Origin: Turneriella sp. | GTDB lineage: Bacteria > Spirochaetota > Leptospiria > Turneriellales > Turneriellaceae | Assembly: GCA_965279515.1 (NCBI GenBank) | Contig: CBDIID010000003.1 | Span: forward strand, 2,304,001-2,368,000 | Reading direction: 5' to 3' | Length of the DNA: 64,000 nucleotides | Part shown: positions 19,216 to 30,008 of the stretch, piece after piece | Position numbering within the stretch: position 1 is the first letter of the stretch | Layout of the letters: every line of letters starts with the position of its first letter | Made by a program: the position numbers and the translations under genes | Notes under the pieces: model-generated | The model's input: the letters and a program-made list of their open reading frames with translations, nothing else | The model's database searches: none | Told to the model about the DNA's origin: nothing

Positions 19216-20063
19216 TGCGAGTATTTATTGTAGGCGCGGGTGCCGTCTCAGGCGGCGCGGCGATGAAAGCGGCGAAAGAGTTGGGTGCCGAGATTATCAC
19301 GACCACGAGCCGCAGCGAAGATATTAAAGGCGCCGATCACACAATCTACGGCATCGACCTGGAAAAAGCGGATGCGGTCGAGAAGATGCTGGGCGATGCA
19401 AAACTTACCGCCAAACCCGTCGACTATGTCATTTACATTCCCGCGCGCGGCCAGGTGGGCATGGACGTGAGCGAATCCAAAGCCGAAATGGTGCCGCCGA
19501 GCCTTGAATACTCCGTCATTCCCTACCTGAAGCTGTCGAAGGCTTTAAACCCCAAACGCACGATCGCGCTATCGGGTTTCATGGCGCTGCCGGCGCTGAT
19601 GAAAATCTATGGGGCGATGACCTTCACAAAAATTGCGATGGAAGAGCTTGCTGTGCGCAACCCCGACAAGCTGCAGATCATCCGCATCGGCATGTTTTAT
19701 TCTAATTCAGTTAGGGGAATTGCCCTGCTCGCGCAACGGCGTTTTACCCGTGAAAAAGATTTTCAGCCCGATTGGCGCGCTGAATGGAAAGCGTCGGGCA
19801 TGAAATTCACCGAGTTCTTTTACGACAAAAACTATCGTTCCGAAGAAGAGACCTACCGGGAGCATTCGGGCGGGGTTGCTTTTCGGCCCACGATACCCGA
19901 TGACATCACCACCGGGTTCCGTATGGCACTCCAGGGTGAAAAAGCCCCGATCATCAATGTCCTGGGGCCCTGGCTGTGGACAGAAGACAAGATGCCGGTA
20001 TTGCCTGAAGCGGTAACTTCACGCGTTAACCTGATTCCACCCAGTATCTATCAAATCATATAA
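19212..20063 (+). CDS. Divergent SDR, enoyl-reductase-like
   Basis: N-terminal Rossmann GAGAVSGG; YGAMTFTK fits YxxMxxxK. Confidence 0.6.
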   Translation: MMRVFIVGAGAVSGGAAMKAAKELGAEIITTTSRSEDIKGADHTIYGIDLEKADAVEKMLGDAKLTAKPVDYVIYIPARGQVGMDVSESKAEMVPPSLEYSVIPYLKLSKALNPKRTIALSGFMALPALMKIYGAMTFTKIAMEELAVRNPDKLQIIRIGMFYSNSVRGIALLAQRRFTREKDFQPDWRAEWKASGMKFTEFFYDKNYRSEEETYREHSGGVAFRPTIPDDITTGFRMALQGEKAPIINVLGPWLWTEDKMPVLPEAVTSRVNLIPPSIYQII

Positions 20064-20098
20064 GCTTGACAGCGGGCTCAAAACCGCTATCTGGCTTC

Positions 20099-20794
20099 AT
20101 GAAATTAGCAACAGCTTTAATCCCCCTATTCATTCTCGCCGCGTGTGGTAAAGAACCGGTCGTCACCGATGGCATAATCACCCTCGTCAAAGGCAGCGCC
20201 GTCATTGAGCACATAGACAGCGACGGCTCTAAAAAAACCAAGCCTGCCCGTCCGGGTGAAAAAGTTTTTGTCAAAGACACGATCGTGACCGCTGCGGGTG
20301 CCAACGTTATTTTTAATGTCAGCGGCGCACAGATGGAAATCCAGCAAAACTCGCGCTTTGTTTACGAACGCGGCGGTGAAGAAAAAATCATGTACCTGCA
20401 GAATGGTAATGCATGGACATCGGTAACAAAAATGGGCGATAAGGGTAACTTTTCCCTGCGCACGCCGACGACAGTTGCGGGTGTGCGGGGTACGAAATTT
20501 TTCACCTTTATCGAAGGCGGCATGACGGGCACATGCCACTGCGAGGGAAAAATCTCTTATAAAAACACCCTGACCGGAAAAGAAGAAGTGAATGACGGCG
20601 ATTACCTGATGTTCTACCAGGGGCAGAAATCGGTCAAAGTGACGCTCGAAGATATTAAAAAACTGGGCATCCCTGCAAACCACAATCATTCCGAACTCGA
20701 TAACGGCTCGATGGGCAAGAAAAACACCCTGACGCCAGAGCAATATGCCAAGATGCAAAACCTGGTAGTACAGCGCTTCGCCGCGCAGAAATAA
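20099..20794 (+). CDS. FecR-domain lipoprotein
   Basis: Lipobox LAAC; FSLRTPTTVAGVRGTKF; start reset to ATG 20099. Confidence 0.82.
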   Translation: MKLATALIPLFILAACGKEPVVTDGIITLVKGSAVIEHIDSDGSKKTKPARPGEKVFVKDTIVTAAGANVIFNVSGAQMEIQQNSRFVYERGGEEKIMYLQNGNAWTSVTKMGDKGNFSLRTPTTVAGVRGTKFFTFIEGGMTGTCHCEGKISYKNTLTGKEEVNDGDYLMFYQGQKSVKVTLEDIKKLGIPANHNHSELDNGSMGKKNTLTPEQYAKMQNLVVQRFAAQK

Positions 20795-20803
20795 GAGAGC
20801 CGC

Positions 20804-22186
20804 ATGCAACGCGAGGTCACGCTTGAATCGCTCGAAGGTCTGCTGAAGCCCCTGACCGAACGTTACGAGTTTGCGCGCGCCCTCTATATCGAAACCTCTG
20901 GGCTTACGGTTTCGAGTAATCTCAACCAGACATTTGTCGAACCGCTTTCGGCGCAGCGCGGTATTGTTATCAGCGTTCTCGAACGCGGACTCATTTACGA
21001 AGGTTCTTCGGTTGTACACAGCGTCGCCGACGTCAAGAAGACCATCCGCGAACTCGAAAAAACGGTGGCGGCAAGCAAACAACAGGGCTCGCTGAGGCTG
21101 CTTCCCGAGGAACCCCTGCACCTGACGCAGGGGGCACCCCTCGCCGATAACCTCAGCGAAAACGACAAAGCTGCTTTTGCGGCGAAGATGGCGCGTGAGA
21201 TCAAGGCTAAAAAGAGCCTTGTGGCCATGGCCTCTGCCCGCTACAAACAGACGAACACGCGCGAAATCTATGTCAGCGGCAAAAAATCCCTCGAGCAGTA
21301 CCTGCCGCGCTTCGAAGCAATCTATTCGGCCGTGCTCAAAGACGATGCCACGAATTCCACGGCGCAGATCTACGACGGTTTCAGCCAAAGAGGCTCATGG
21401 GACCTCATGGGTGCGAATCTTTCTCTCATCGACGGCATGCTGATCGACGGCGAGAAAATCCTCGGGGCGCCCCGCCTTACCCCGGGCCAATATGAATGTG
21501 TTTTCTCCCCTTCGCTTTCAGGCATGCTGGCGCACGAGGCCTTCGGCCACGGCACCGAAGCCGACACCATGCAAAAGGGTCGCGCACGCGGCACCGAATA
21601 TCTTGGCAAACATGTGGCTTCCGAAAAGGTGCGGCTCTATGATTCACCCCTGCTGGCAAATGCCGCCGCGAGTTACCATTTTGATCATGAGGGATTACCC
21701 GCCTCGGAAACACGCATCGTCGAAAACGGCATTCTGACCCAACCGATGACAGACCATGCCAGTGCCTCGCGCATGAATTACCGCCGCTCGCCCAACGGCC
21801 GCCGCGAAAGTTTCGACCATAAGATTTATTCGCGCATGACAAATACGTACTTCATGCCAGGCGACGACAGCCTCGATGCAATGATCTCTTCGATCGACGA
21901 GGGGTTCTTCGTCGATCGCGCCACAAACGGCATGGAAGATCCGAAAAGCTGGGGTATTCAGCTCGAAGCACTCGTTGCGCGCCGTATACGCAAAGGCAAG
22001 CTCACCGAAGATTATTTCTCGCCGGTTATTGTGACCGGTTATGTTCCGGAAATCTTACAATCGATATCGATGGTATCACCCCACCTGCACATCAACGGCC
22101 TCGGCATGTGCGGCAAGGGTTATAAGGAATGGGTCAAGGTCACCGACGGCGGTCCTTACCTGAAGCTTAAAGCTCGTCTGGCTTAG
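20804..22186 (+). CDS. tldD: TldD metalloprotease
   Basis: HEAFGHGTEAD, NGRRES, RMTNTY, GMCGKG. Confidence 0.88.
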   Translation: MQREVTLESLEGLLKPLTERYEFARALYIETSGLTVSSNLNQTFVEPLSAQRGIVISVLERGLIYEGSSVVHSVADVKKTIRELEKTVAASKQQGSLRLLPEEPLHLTQGAPLADNLSENDKAAFAAKMAREIKAKKSLVAMASARYKQTNTREIYVSGKKSLEQYLPRFEAIYSAVLKDDATNSTAQIYDGFSQRGSWDLMGANLSLIDGMLIDGEKILGAPRLTPGQYECVFSPSLSGMLAHEAFGHGTEADTMQKGRARGTEYLGKHVASEKVRLYDSPLLANAAASYHFDHEGLPASETRIVENGILTQPMTDHASASRMNYRRSPNGRRESFDHKIYSRMTNTYFMPGDDSLDAMISSIDEGFFVDRATNGMEDPKSWGIQLEALVARRIRKGKLTEDYFSPVIVTGYVPEILQSISMVSPHLHINGLGMCGKGYKEWVKVTDGGPYLKLKARLA

Positions 22187-23489
22187 GCGCCTGTTTACGG
22201 CCACCACGCTCCATCCAGTCGAGGGCGCCTTTTTTCATATCCCCTTCTTTTGGTAAAAACTGGCTCAATCGGCACTTGCCATACTTACCGGGGTTAATCA
22301 TCACACCAGGCCGCCCGGGAAACCGCGTAGCGTTCACAATCGCCAGTGGAAATTGGTGGTCGTAATGCTCACATGTTGTAATTCCCTGGTGGCACATGAC
22401 CTGGGTACAACGGGGCGTCGGATACGCAATCGCCGATGGCTTGTGGGGACAACGGTTTTCAACCCGGCCGATTTCAAATCCATAATGCAGCGTAGCGTAG
22501 AGATCTTCCCAGAGTTTAGCGGTAATGTCCTGAAAACTCGAATGGAATCGACCCTGGCCAAAAGCCCTGCCCAGGCTGTAAAATAACAGCTCTGCCACCG
22601 ACATGGATTCATCTTTTTTATATTGAGATCTCAATTGTCCAAAGATATATTCTGCAAGCACGACAGATTCCTGGGCAATTTCGCCCGGGTCTAAAACGCG
22701 GAATTTTTCGGGGTCGAAGGGGTTTGTATCACGGTGGTGATTTTCGATGATCCCAGCGATGACCGGGTTCATATCAGGCAGCGTCTCGCGAACAAATTGC
22801 CCGCTCTTTGCCGCGTGTCCACTGGAGATAGCCTGCTCGATATCTTTACTGAGAAAATCGGCATCATCGGCGAGACTGATATCGTGGAATAATCCTGCAA
22901 AAACCGCGTTGCGAATGAACTCACGGGCGTTTTTATCCGGGGCCGCCCGGAGAAACTGCTCCGCAAAGCCGCCGGCCACGAGCGCAACTTCACCGAGGTG
23001 AGGGAGTATCGGATCCTCCTGCTGATCGAGCTTCAGGAACAGCGGCAGGATTTCTTTTCTTTCAACGATGTGGAGGACCATGCCCCGGATATTCACTTGC
23101 GATGCATCGACGAGCGCCTGCGCCACATGGAACCGGCCGGTTTCGAGACATTTAAAAAGCGAACGACCAATTTTATCCCTCAGTGCCGTACGTAATGCTT
23201 TCGTTCCGGCAATGGTGATATTCTCGTTGAGATTCGATTGACTGAAAAATTTCCAGAGATTCTTTATCAGTGTCGCCCTGACGTGGCTCGCCTTCGGTAC
23301 CAGCATGGCGCCACTGGCATCGAGAATAGGGCCGGCGAGCTCCACCGGCGCAGCTTCACCCACATATTCCACAAATTTCAGAAGCTCCCGGAATGAGGTA
23401 AAGGGAAATCCCGCAAGGGGGGCTGCCTCGGGAGGTTCAACACCTTCAGCTTCCGGCTTTTCGAGTTCGGCGTTGTCGCTTTCAACCAT
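22167..23489 (-). CDS. HD-domain protein with Cys-rich C-terminus
   Basis: GLFHDIS, GHAAKSG, IIENHH; start reset to ATG 23489. Confidence 0.65.
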   Translation of the reverse strand: MVESDNAELEKPEAEGVEPPEAAPLAGFPFTSFRELLKFVEYVGEAAPVELAGPILDASGAMLVPKASHVRATLIKNLWKFFSQSNLNENITIAGTKALRTALRDKIGRSLFKCLETGRFHVAQALVDASQVNIRGMVLHIVERKEILPLFLKLDQQEDPILPHLGEVALVAGGFAEQFLRAAPDKNAREFIRNAVFAGLFHDISLADDADFLSKDIEQAISSGHAAKSGQFVRETLPDMNPVIAGIIENHHRDTNPFDPEKFRVLDPGEIAQESVVLAEYIFGQLRSQYKKDESMSVAELLFYSLGRAFGQGRFHSSFQDITAKLWEDLYATLHYGFEIGRVENRCPHKPSAIAYPTPRCTQVMCHQGITTCEHYDHQFPLAIVNATRFPGRPGVMINPGKYGKCRLSQFLPKEGDMKKGALDWMERGGRKQAPKPDEL

Positions 23490-23490
23490 G

Positions 23491-24528
23491 TCAGGAGGCA
23501 AGTTTCCCCGCAAGCATACCACAGGCCCCGTCAATATCTTTCGCGGGTGATTTGCGGTTTACGGCAACAACACCGCGTTCGACCAGCGCCCGCCAGAAAT
23601 CGTAAATCTTCTCATCGGGCGGGCGGTGCATGCCATTAAACTCCGTATTCATCGGAATCAGGTTTACCTTGGCATTTAAGGCCTTCGCCCAACGCGCGAG
23701 TTCCTTCGCATCGTCAGGGAAAATATTAATACCGTCAATCATGATGTATTCGAACATGAGCTGTCCCTGCTGCAGCTCATGCCGTTTTTCCCTGAGATAT
23801 TCGAGGACATCGAGGAAAGGGTATTTCTCTTCAATATCCATGATCTGTTTTCTTTTATCGGCAAAAACTGAGTGCAGAGATAAGGCCAGCCGGTAGGGCT
23901 GTTTCTCCTCAACAAAGCGCTTGATGCCGGGGAGAACCCCCGAGGTACTCAGGGTAATCCGCCGGCGCGAGATATTCATGCCGTGCTGGTGCCCAATCAG
24001 CCCCGCCGCGCGAATCGCATTGTCATAGTTATAGAAGGGCTCGCCCATGCCCATAAACACGATATTCGTGATACGGCGATCATAGAGCTGCTGCATGCCA
24101 TAGACCTGTGTCAGAATTTCCCCTGCTGACAGGTTGCCCTTAAAGGCAATTTTACCCGTGGCGCAGAAACTGCAATCGAGAGAACAACCCGACTGTACCG
24201 AAATGCAGATCGACTGCCGGTTTTCATAAGGCAGCCAGACGCTCTCTACCTGTCTTTTCCCGAATTCGAACAGGTATTTCGCCGTCTGGTCCGAGGGGGA
24301 TGTCGTTTCGTTCAGAATCTTGAAATCGGGAAAGGCGAATTTCTCCGTCAGGTAGTCCTGGAACTCGGCCCTGAGGTTGCTCATCTGCCGCACGTCGAAG
24401 ACCTGCTTCAGGTGCAGCCACTGGAAGACCTGTTGCGCGCGGAATTTTTTATGGCCGTCGGCGACCAGCACCGCGGCGAGTTCCTCTTCGGTCAGAGAGA
24501 GTATTTCGGGCTTTTTTTCGATACCCAA
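23491..24528 (-). CDS. rlmN: 23S rRNA/tRNA m2A radical SAM methyltransferase
   Basis: CISVQSGCSLDCSFCATG, FMGMGEP, DIDGACGML. Confidence 0.95.
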   Translation of the reverse strand: MGIEKKPEILSLTEEELAAVLVADGHKKFRAQQVFQWLHLKQVFDVRQMSNLRAEFQDYLTEKFAFPDFKILNETTSPSDQTAKYLFEFGKRQVESVWLPYENRQSICISVQSGCSLDCSFCATGKIAFKGNLSAGEILTQVYGMQQLYDRRITNIVFMGMGEPFYNYDNAIRAAGLIGHQHGMNISRRRITLSTSGVLPGIKRFVEEKQPYRLALSLHSVFADKRKQIMDIEEKYPFLDVLEYLREKRHELQQGQLMFEYIMIDGINIFPDDAKELARWAKALNAKVNLIPMNTEFNGMHRPPDEKIYDFWRALVERGVVAVNRKSPAKDIDGACGMLAGKLAS

Positions 24529-24590
24529 ATGTATGCATCCCCGATTGCGGCGTCAAACTTAATGCAAACCCGTCGAAGATTGAAGAGACC

Positions 24591-25736
<1,146 letters not shown>

Positions 25737-26741
25737 TTATGCCTGTTTGCGCTTCCCATAATCCAGAATCTTCTGGATCAGCTGGTCATAGGATATGCCG
25801 AGCTTCTGCGCTGCGTAGGCGATCTCGTCGTCATTCGAAATGTTCGGGTTGGGATTTACCTCGATGACATAGATCTCGTTTTTATCGGTGAGCCTCAGGT
25901 CAAGCCGTGCAAAACCTGACAATCCCAATGCCCGAAACGCAGTTTTGGAAATCTCTTCGATCTCGGCTTCGACCTTTTCGTCGATATTTTTTGCAAAGGT
26001 ATTCTTGATCCCCCACTTCTTGCGGAACTCCGTATTCCATTTGGCGCGGAAAGTCGCAAACTTCGGCTTATCTTCGGGGAAGTTCGTGAACAGCATCTCA
26101 CGCAGTGGCAACGCTGTGAGCTTTTCCAGACCCAGAACACCCGCATAGATCTCGCGACCTTCGATATATTCCTCGGCCAGCGCGTCAGCCTCGTAGGTAT
26201 CGTGCAGTATCTTCACCCGTTCAATGCAGGCTTTTTCGTCTTCGACAAAAGACGCCTGCGAAATACCATCCGAACCTTCGAGCCCCAGCGGCTTTACAAT
26301 CACCGGAAATCTCAGGTCTTTAATGCTGCGGTTGGTCTTGCCGCGTCGGAACACCACCGACTCGGGAATCTTGATGTCGAACTCGCGCAACAGCTGCTTC
26401 GTGTATGACTTATTGCGGCAGATGGTGAGCGCCGTCGCGGAACAGCCCGTATAGGGAATGCCGAGGAGGTCAAAGAGACCCGCGAGTGCACCCTCGTACT
26501 GCCGGTCCTGTTTAAAGGTTTCGAGCAGGTTAAATACGATGTCGGGTTTTTTCCGGCGGATCGTGGTGATGAGCGGCATGATGTCGTCGAACACGCCCTG
26601 CAAAACCACGTCGTGACCCAGACGCTGTATCGCCTCGACAACGTTGCGTATCGGCCGCCAGTCTTCGGCGTGCAGCGCCGACTTGTAATCGCCGTCTTTC
26701 GGCAGCGCGAGGGGATAGTCAAAGGCAACTAGAACTTTCAT
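25737..26741 (-). CDS. D-Ala-D-Ala-ligase-like ATP-grasp ligase (non-canonical)
   Basis: PDIVFNLLE, GIPYTG, FPVIVKP, EEYIEGRE, ARLDLR, IEVNPNP. Confidence 0.85.
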   Translation of the reverse strand: MKVLVAFDYPLALPKDGDYKSALHAEDWRPIRNVVEAIQRLGHDVVLQGVFDDIMPLITTIRRKKPDIVFNLLETFKQDRQYEGALAGLFDLLGIPYTGCSATALTICRNKSYTKQLLREFDIKIPESVVFRRGKTNRSIKDLRFPVIVKPLGLEGSDGISQASFVEDEKACIERVKILHDTYEADALAEEYIEGREIYAGVLGLEKLTALPLREMLFTNFPEDKPKFATFRAKWNTEFRKKWGIKNTFAKNIDEKVEAEIEEISKTAFRALGLSGFARLDLRLTDKNEIYVIEVNPNPNISNDDEIAYAAQKLGISYDQLIQKILDYGKRKQA

Positions 26742-27757
26742 TTTCCCGGTTTATAACGGCTCGTATAGCGGTAGTTGCTGACAAGCGAAGTCAGGTATGC
26801 CGTGAACTGGATCAACGTTTCGGCGGCGATGGCTGGGTCGGTTTCCAGCTTCAGCGTTTCACAACGCTTTTTCAAGCGGCTTAATAGGTTCTTAATCATC
26901 ACCTTCTTCTCGCCCGTACTGCGCCCAACATAGTTTTCGAGCTGGCGCCGGTGGCTGGTAAGAAAACGCGCGGCTGAATTCTTCTTCTTGAATTCACGCA
27001 CCGGAAAAATCAGTTTCAGGTCTGCGTCAAAGAAATCCGCTTCGTGCTCAATGTAAAGCTTGCGTTTCTGCCGGTAGTGGTTATCGAGCCTTTTCTTCAG
27101 CGATTCGATCCGAAAAAAGAATTCCGAGCGCGGCACGCGTACAGTCTTAGCGCCAATCGAGGGCACAAGTCCCTCGATATACTCGAGCTTGTGCAGAGCC
27201 GGCCAGTCGGCGTAGAGCTCGCGCCAGTTCTCCTCGGGGTTGAGCCAGACCGCAAAGGTCTCGGCGAAATCTTCTTCGGGATGGCTCTGCGCGTAAAAAT
27301 CTTTGAGATTGCGTACATACGATTTGCTATAAGGCCGGTACTTATAGTAGTCGCTGAATGCCTTGCGCGGATGCCCAAAAACTTCGCGCCAGGTCTTGCG
27401 TTTAGTCAGCTGGAACGCATGCACAAAGGCGTGGCCGCATTCATGCCGCAAAAGCCGCATCGCCTCTGCCCGGTCTTCGCCCTCGGCTTCGCCGATCATC
27501 TTCTTTTCGAGCTGTATGAGACGGGGGTGCGTCAGGTAAAAGGGCAATGCAATCGCCGCGACACCATCCGGAGAAAACCACTCATCGCCGAGATAACAGG
27601 GCGGCCTGAAAGAGAGCCCCCGCGCCGAGAGCTCCGCATAAAGCTTTTCAATGATCTCCTGCAGCCAGGTATTTTCAATACGTATCGGCAGATGCGAAAG
27701 TTTTAGCTGCAATAGCTGCTTTTCATCGATGCTGTTGAGATCGATCGCATTTGGCAC
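26738..27757 (-). CDS. Putative zinc-binding metallopeptidase
   Basis: LRHECGHA (HExxH) and YAQSHPEEDFAETFAVWL; ATGA overlap with ligase. Confidence 0.8.
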   Translation of the reverse strand: MPNAIDLNSIDEKQLLQLKLSHLPIRIENTWLQEIIEKLYAELSARGLSFRPPCYLGDEWFSPDGVAAIALPFYLTHPRLIQLEKKMIGEAEGEDRAEAMRLLRHECGHAFVHAFQLTKRKTWREVFGHPRKAFSDYYKYRPYSKSYVRNLKDFYAQSHPEEDFAETFAVWLNPEENWRELYADWPALHKLEYIEGLVPSIGAKTVRVPRSEFFFRIESLKKRLDNHYRQKRKLYIEHEADFFDADLKLIFPVREFKKKNSAARFLTSHRRQLENYVGRSTGEKKVMIKNLLSRLKKRCETLKLETDPAIAAETLIQFTAYLTSLVSNYRYTSRYKPGK

Positions 27758-27861
27758 GGCAGCGTCTCATTCAGGTCCAGATGCTCTGTGCCAACCATTT
27801 TACGTCGCAAAACAAGGATCAATTGGATCGACGCCTGAATGCTCGATGCAGAACCTTACCC

Positions 27862-28668
27862 ATGACCCCTTCAGTAAAACTCCATGACGGCCACTCCATC
27901 CCCTGCCTCGGTTTCGGGGTCTGGAAGGCGTCTTCGGGGGATTGTTACAATGCGGTGAGAACCGCGCTTGATGCCGGCTACCGCCACATCGACACGGCGC
28001 GCATCTATGGCAACGAAGAGGACGTCGGCCGCGCTATCAAGGACAGCGGAATTCCCCGCAGCGAAATTTTCGTCACTACAAAACTCTGGAACTCCGATCA
28101 GGCAAAGGCAGCGATGGCCTTCGACGACAGCCTCGCGCGCCTGGGCCTCGATTATGTGGATCTATACCTCGTACACTTCCCGGTCACGAAGACGCGCCTG
28201 GCCGCGTATGCCGAGCTGGAAAAAATCCATGCTTCAGGCAAGGCGCGCTCGATCGGTGTCAGCAATAATATGCCCGCCCACCTCGATGAACTGTTGAAGG
28301 TCGCTAAGATAAAGCCGGTGGTGAACCAGATCGAACTGCACCCCTGGCTGGCGCAGAAAGAATTGAAAGCTTATTGCGAATCGCGCGAGATCAGAATTCA
28401 GGCCTACAGCCCGCTCGCGCACGGCCAGAAAACCGGGGATGTCTCGCTGCAGCCCGTCGCTGCCAAACACGGCAAAAGTATTGCCCAGGTGTTGCTGCGC
28501 TGGTCGGTACAAAAGGGCAATATTGTTCTCGTGAAGTCGGTGTCGCCGCAGCGCATTCTGGAAAATTTTTCTATCTTTGACTTTGAGCTCGATACCGCCG
28601 ACCTCAATCTGATCGACGGTCTCGATGAAAATCTCAGGACCTGCTGGGATCCGTCAGGTACGCCTTAG
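27862..28668 (+). CDS. Aldo/keto reductase
   Basis: GYRHIDTA.IYGNE, FVTTKLWN, SIGVSN, NQIELHP; start reset to ATG 27862. Confidence 0.93.
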   Translation: MTPSVKLHDGHSIPCLGFGVWKASSGDCYNAVRTALDAGYRHIDTARIYGNEEDVGRAIKDSGIPRSEIFVTTKLWNSDQAKAAMAFDDSLARLGLDYVDLYLVHFPVTKTRLAAYAELEKIHASGKARSIGVSNNMPAHLDELLKVAKIKPVVNQIELHPWLAQKELKAYCESREIRIQAYSPLAHGQKTGDVSLQPVAAKHGKSIAQVLLRWSVQKGNIVLVKSVSPQRILENFSIFDFELDTADLNLIDGLDENLRTCWDPSGTP

Positions 28669-30008
28669 GCCGTTCTGAATTTCTGCCAGACGAAAAAGCT
28701 CACCGCACCGACGGCGGTAATACCGATCGCCCACAGCGACTGCTCGGTGCTGTAAATCAGCGATGAAATCATCATAAAGGCCGAAGCCACAAGATACAGC
28801 ACCGGAAAAAGCGGGAACAGCGGCGAGCGGTAAGGCCGGTTCGCGATCACTCCCATATGTTTAATGTAGTGTGCATAGAGCAGACCAAATACGGTCAGCC
28901 ACGGGAAAAAGCTGAGCGCAAAACCCATGAAGATGAGCAGTTTCAGAGTTCCACCGAAACCAAACGAGATGATATAGACGACGCTGATTGCGGTCTGCAA
29001 CAGAATCGCAAACGCGGGTGTGCCGAGCTTCGGCTGCACTTGCGCAAGCTTTTTGAAAAGCAGGCCCTGGTCTGCCATCGCATAATAGACACGCGGCCCG
29101 ATCATCACTTCTGCTGAAACCGATGAAACCAGGAAAAAGGCGATGAGGAACGACAAGGCCGCCCCGCCGACTTTACCCAGGAGCGCGGTGAAAGCGTTGA
29201 GGGCGAGATCCGTCGTCTCACGGTTGAGTCCCGCAAACTTTAAGAAGTTATAGTTGAGAATGACATAGACCGCGCAGGTGATGAGCGTACCGATCACCAT
29301 CGCGCGCGGCAGGTTCTTAATCGGGTCTTTGACTTCGGCACCGAGGTAGGACGCCGCGTTCCAGCCGCTGTATGCAAACATGACGGTGAGAACGAGACTT
29401 CCCCACTTCCAGAACTCCGGTTGCGCGGTGGCCGGCATCACCGCCGGCGCCCCACCCGGAGCGACGACAAAAAACAGCGCAATCGCCACAACAAAGATCA
29501 GGAGTGTTTTTGCGGCCGTGAGAAAATTCTGCAGACCTTCGCCGAGCTTCACACGGCCGATATGGAAGCCTGCAAGAATGACCGGGATAAACGCCGCAAC
29601 AAGCCGCAGCTTGAAATCCGACATCTGGACTTCGCTGCCCCGCATCTGCGTCAAACCCCGCACAACCAGGTCGACAATAACGAGGGATGTGAAAGCAATC
29701 GGCGCAGAAAAGCCGACGGTCAGTGAAATGAAACCCGTGAGAAAGGCGGGTAGCTTACCGAAGATGCGGTTAAGATAAGCAAACTCACCGCCCGCTTCGG
29801 GATAGGCTGCCGCAAGTTCGGCATAGCTCAGTGCTCCCGAAAGTGCCACCAGGCCCCCAATGGCCCAGAGCGCCACGATCACCATCGGTGTGAGGTGAAT
29901 ATCAAACAACAGCTCATTGCTCGTACGAAAAACGCCTGAACCAATCATCGAGCCGATGACCGTAAATGCCGCCGTCAAAAACCCCAGCTGCCGTGTTAAA
30001 CCTGCCAT
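28665..30008 (-). CDS. APC-family amino acid permease
   Basis: GSMIGSGVF, SYAELAAAYPEAGGEFAYL, FAYSGWN, EVKDPIKNLPRA. Confidence 0.92.
   Translation of the reverse strand: MAGLTRQLGFLTAAFTVIGSMIGSGVFRTSNELLFDIHLTPMVIVALWAIGGLVALSGALSYAELAAAYPEAGGEFAYLNRIFGKLPAFLTGFISLTVGFSAPIAFTSLVIVDLVVRGLTQMRGSEVQMSDFKLRLVAAFIPVILAGFHIGRVKLGEGLQNFLTAAKTLLIFVVAIALFFVVAPGGAPAVMPATAQPEFWKWGSLVLTVMFAYSGWNAASYLGAEVKDPIKNLPRAMVIGTLITCAVYVILNYNFLKFAGLNRETTDLALNAFTALLGKVGGAALSFLIAFFLVSSVSAEVMIGPRVYYAMADQGLLFKKLAQVQPKLGTPAFAILLQTAISVVYIISFGFGGTLKLLIFMGFALSFFPWLTVFGLLYAHYIKHMGVIANRPYRSPLFPLFPVLYLVASAFMMISSLIYSTEQSLWAIGITAVGAVSFFVWQKFRTA

Noticed and set aside
20126..21388. 420-aa antisense ORF and many similar shadow ORFs (e.g. 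18439-19173, 32946-33587)
   Set aside because: They lie opposite well-supported genes, show no motifs, and are expected in GC-rich coding DNA
25737..26741. Calling the ATP-grasp gene ddl
   Set aside because: Lacks Ddl-specific substrate motifs and cell-wall gene context
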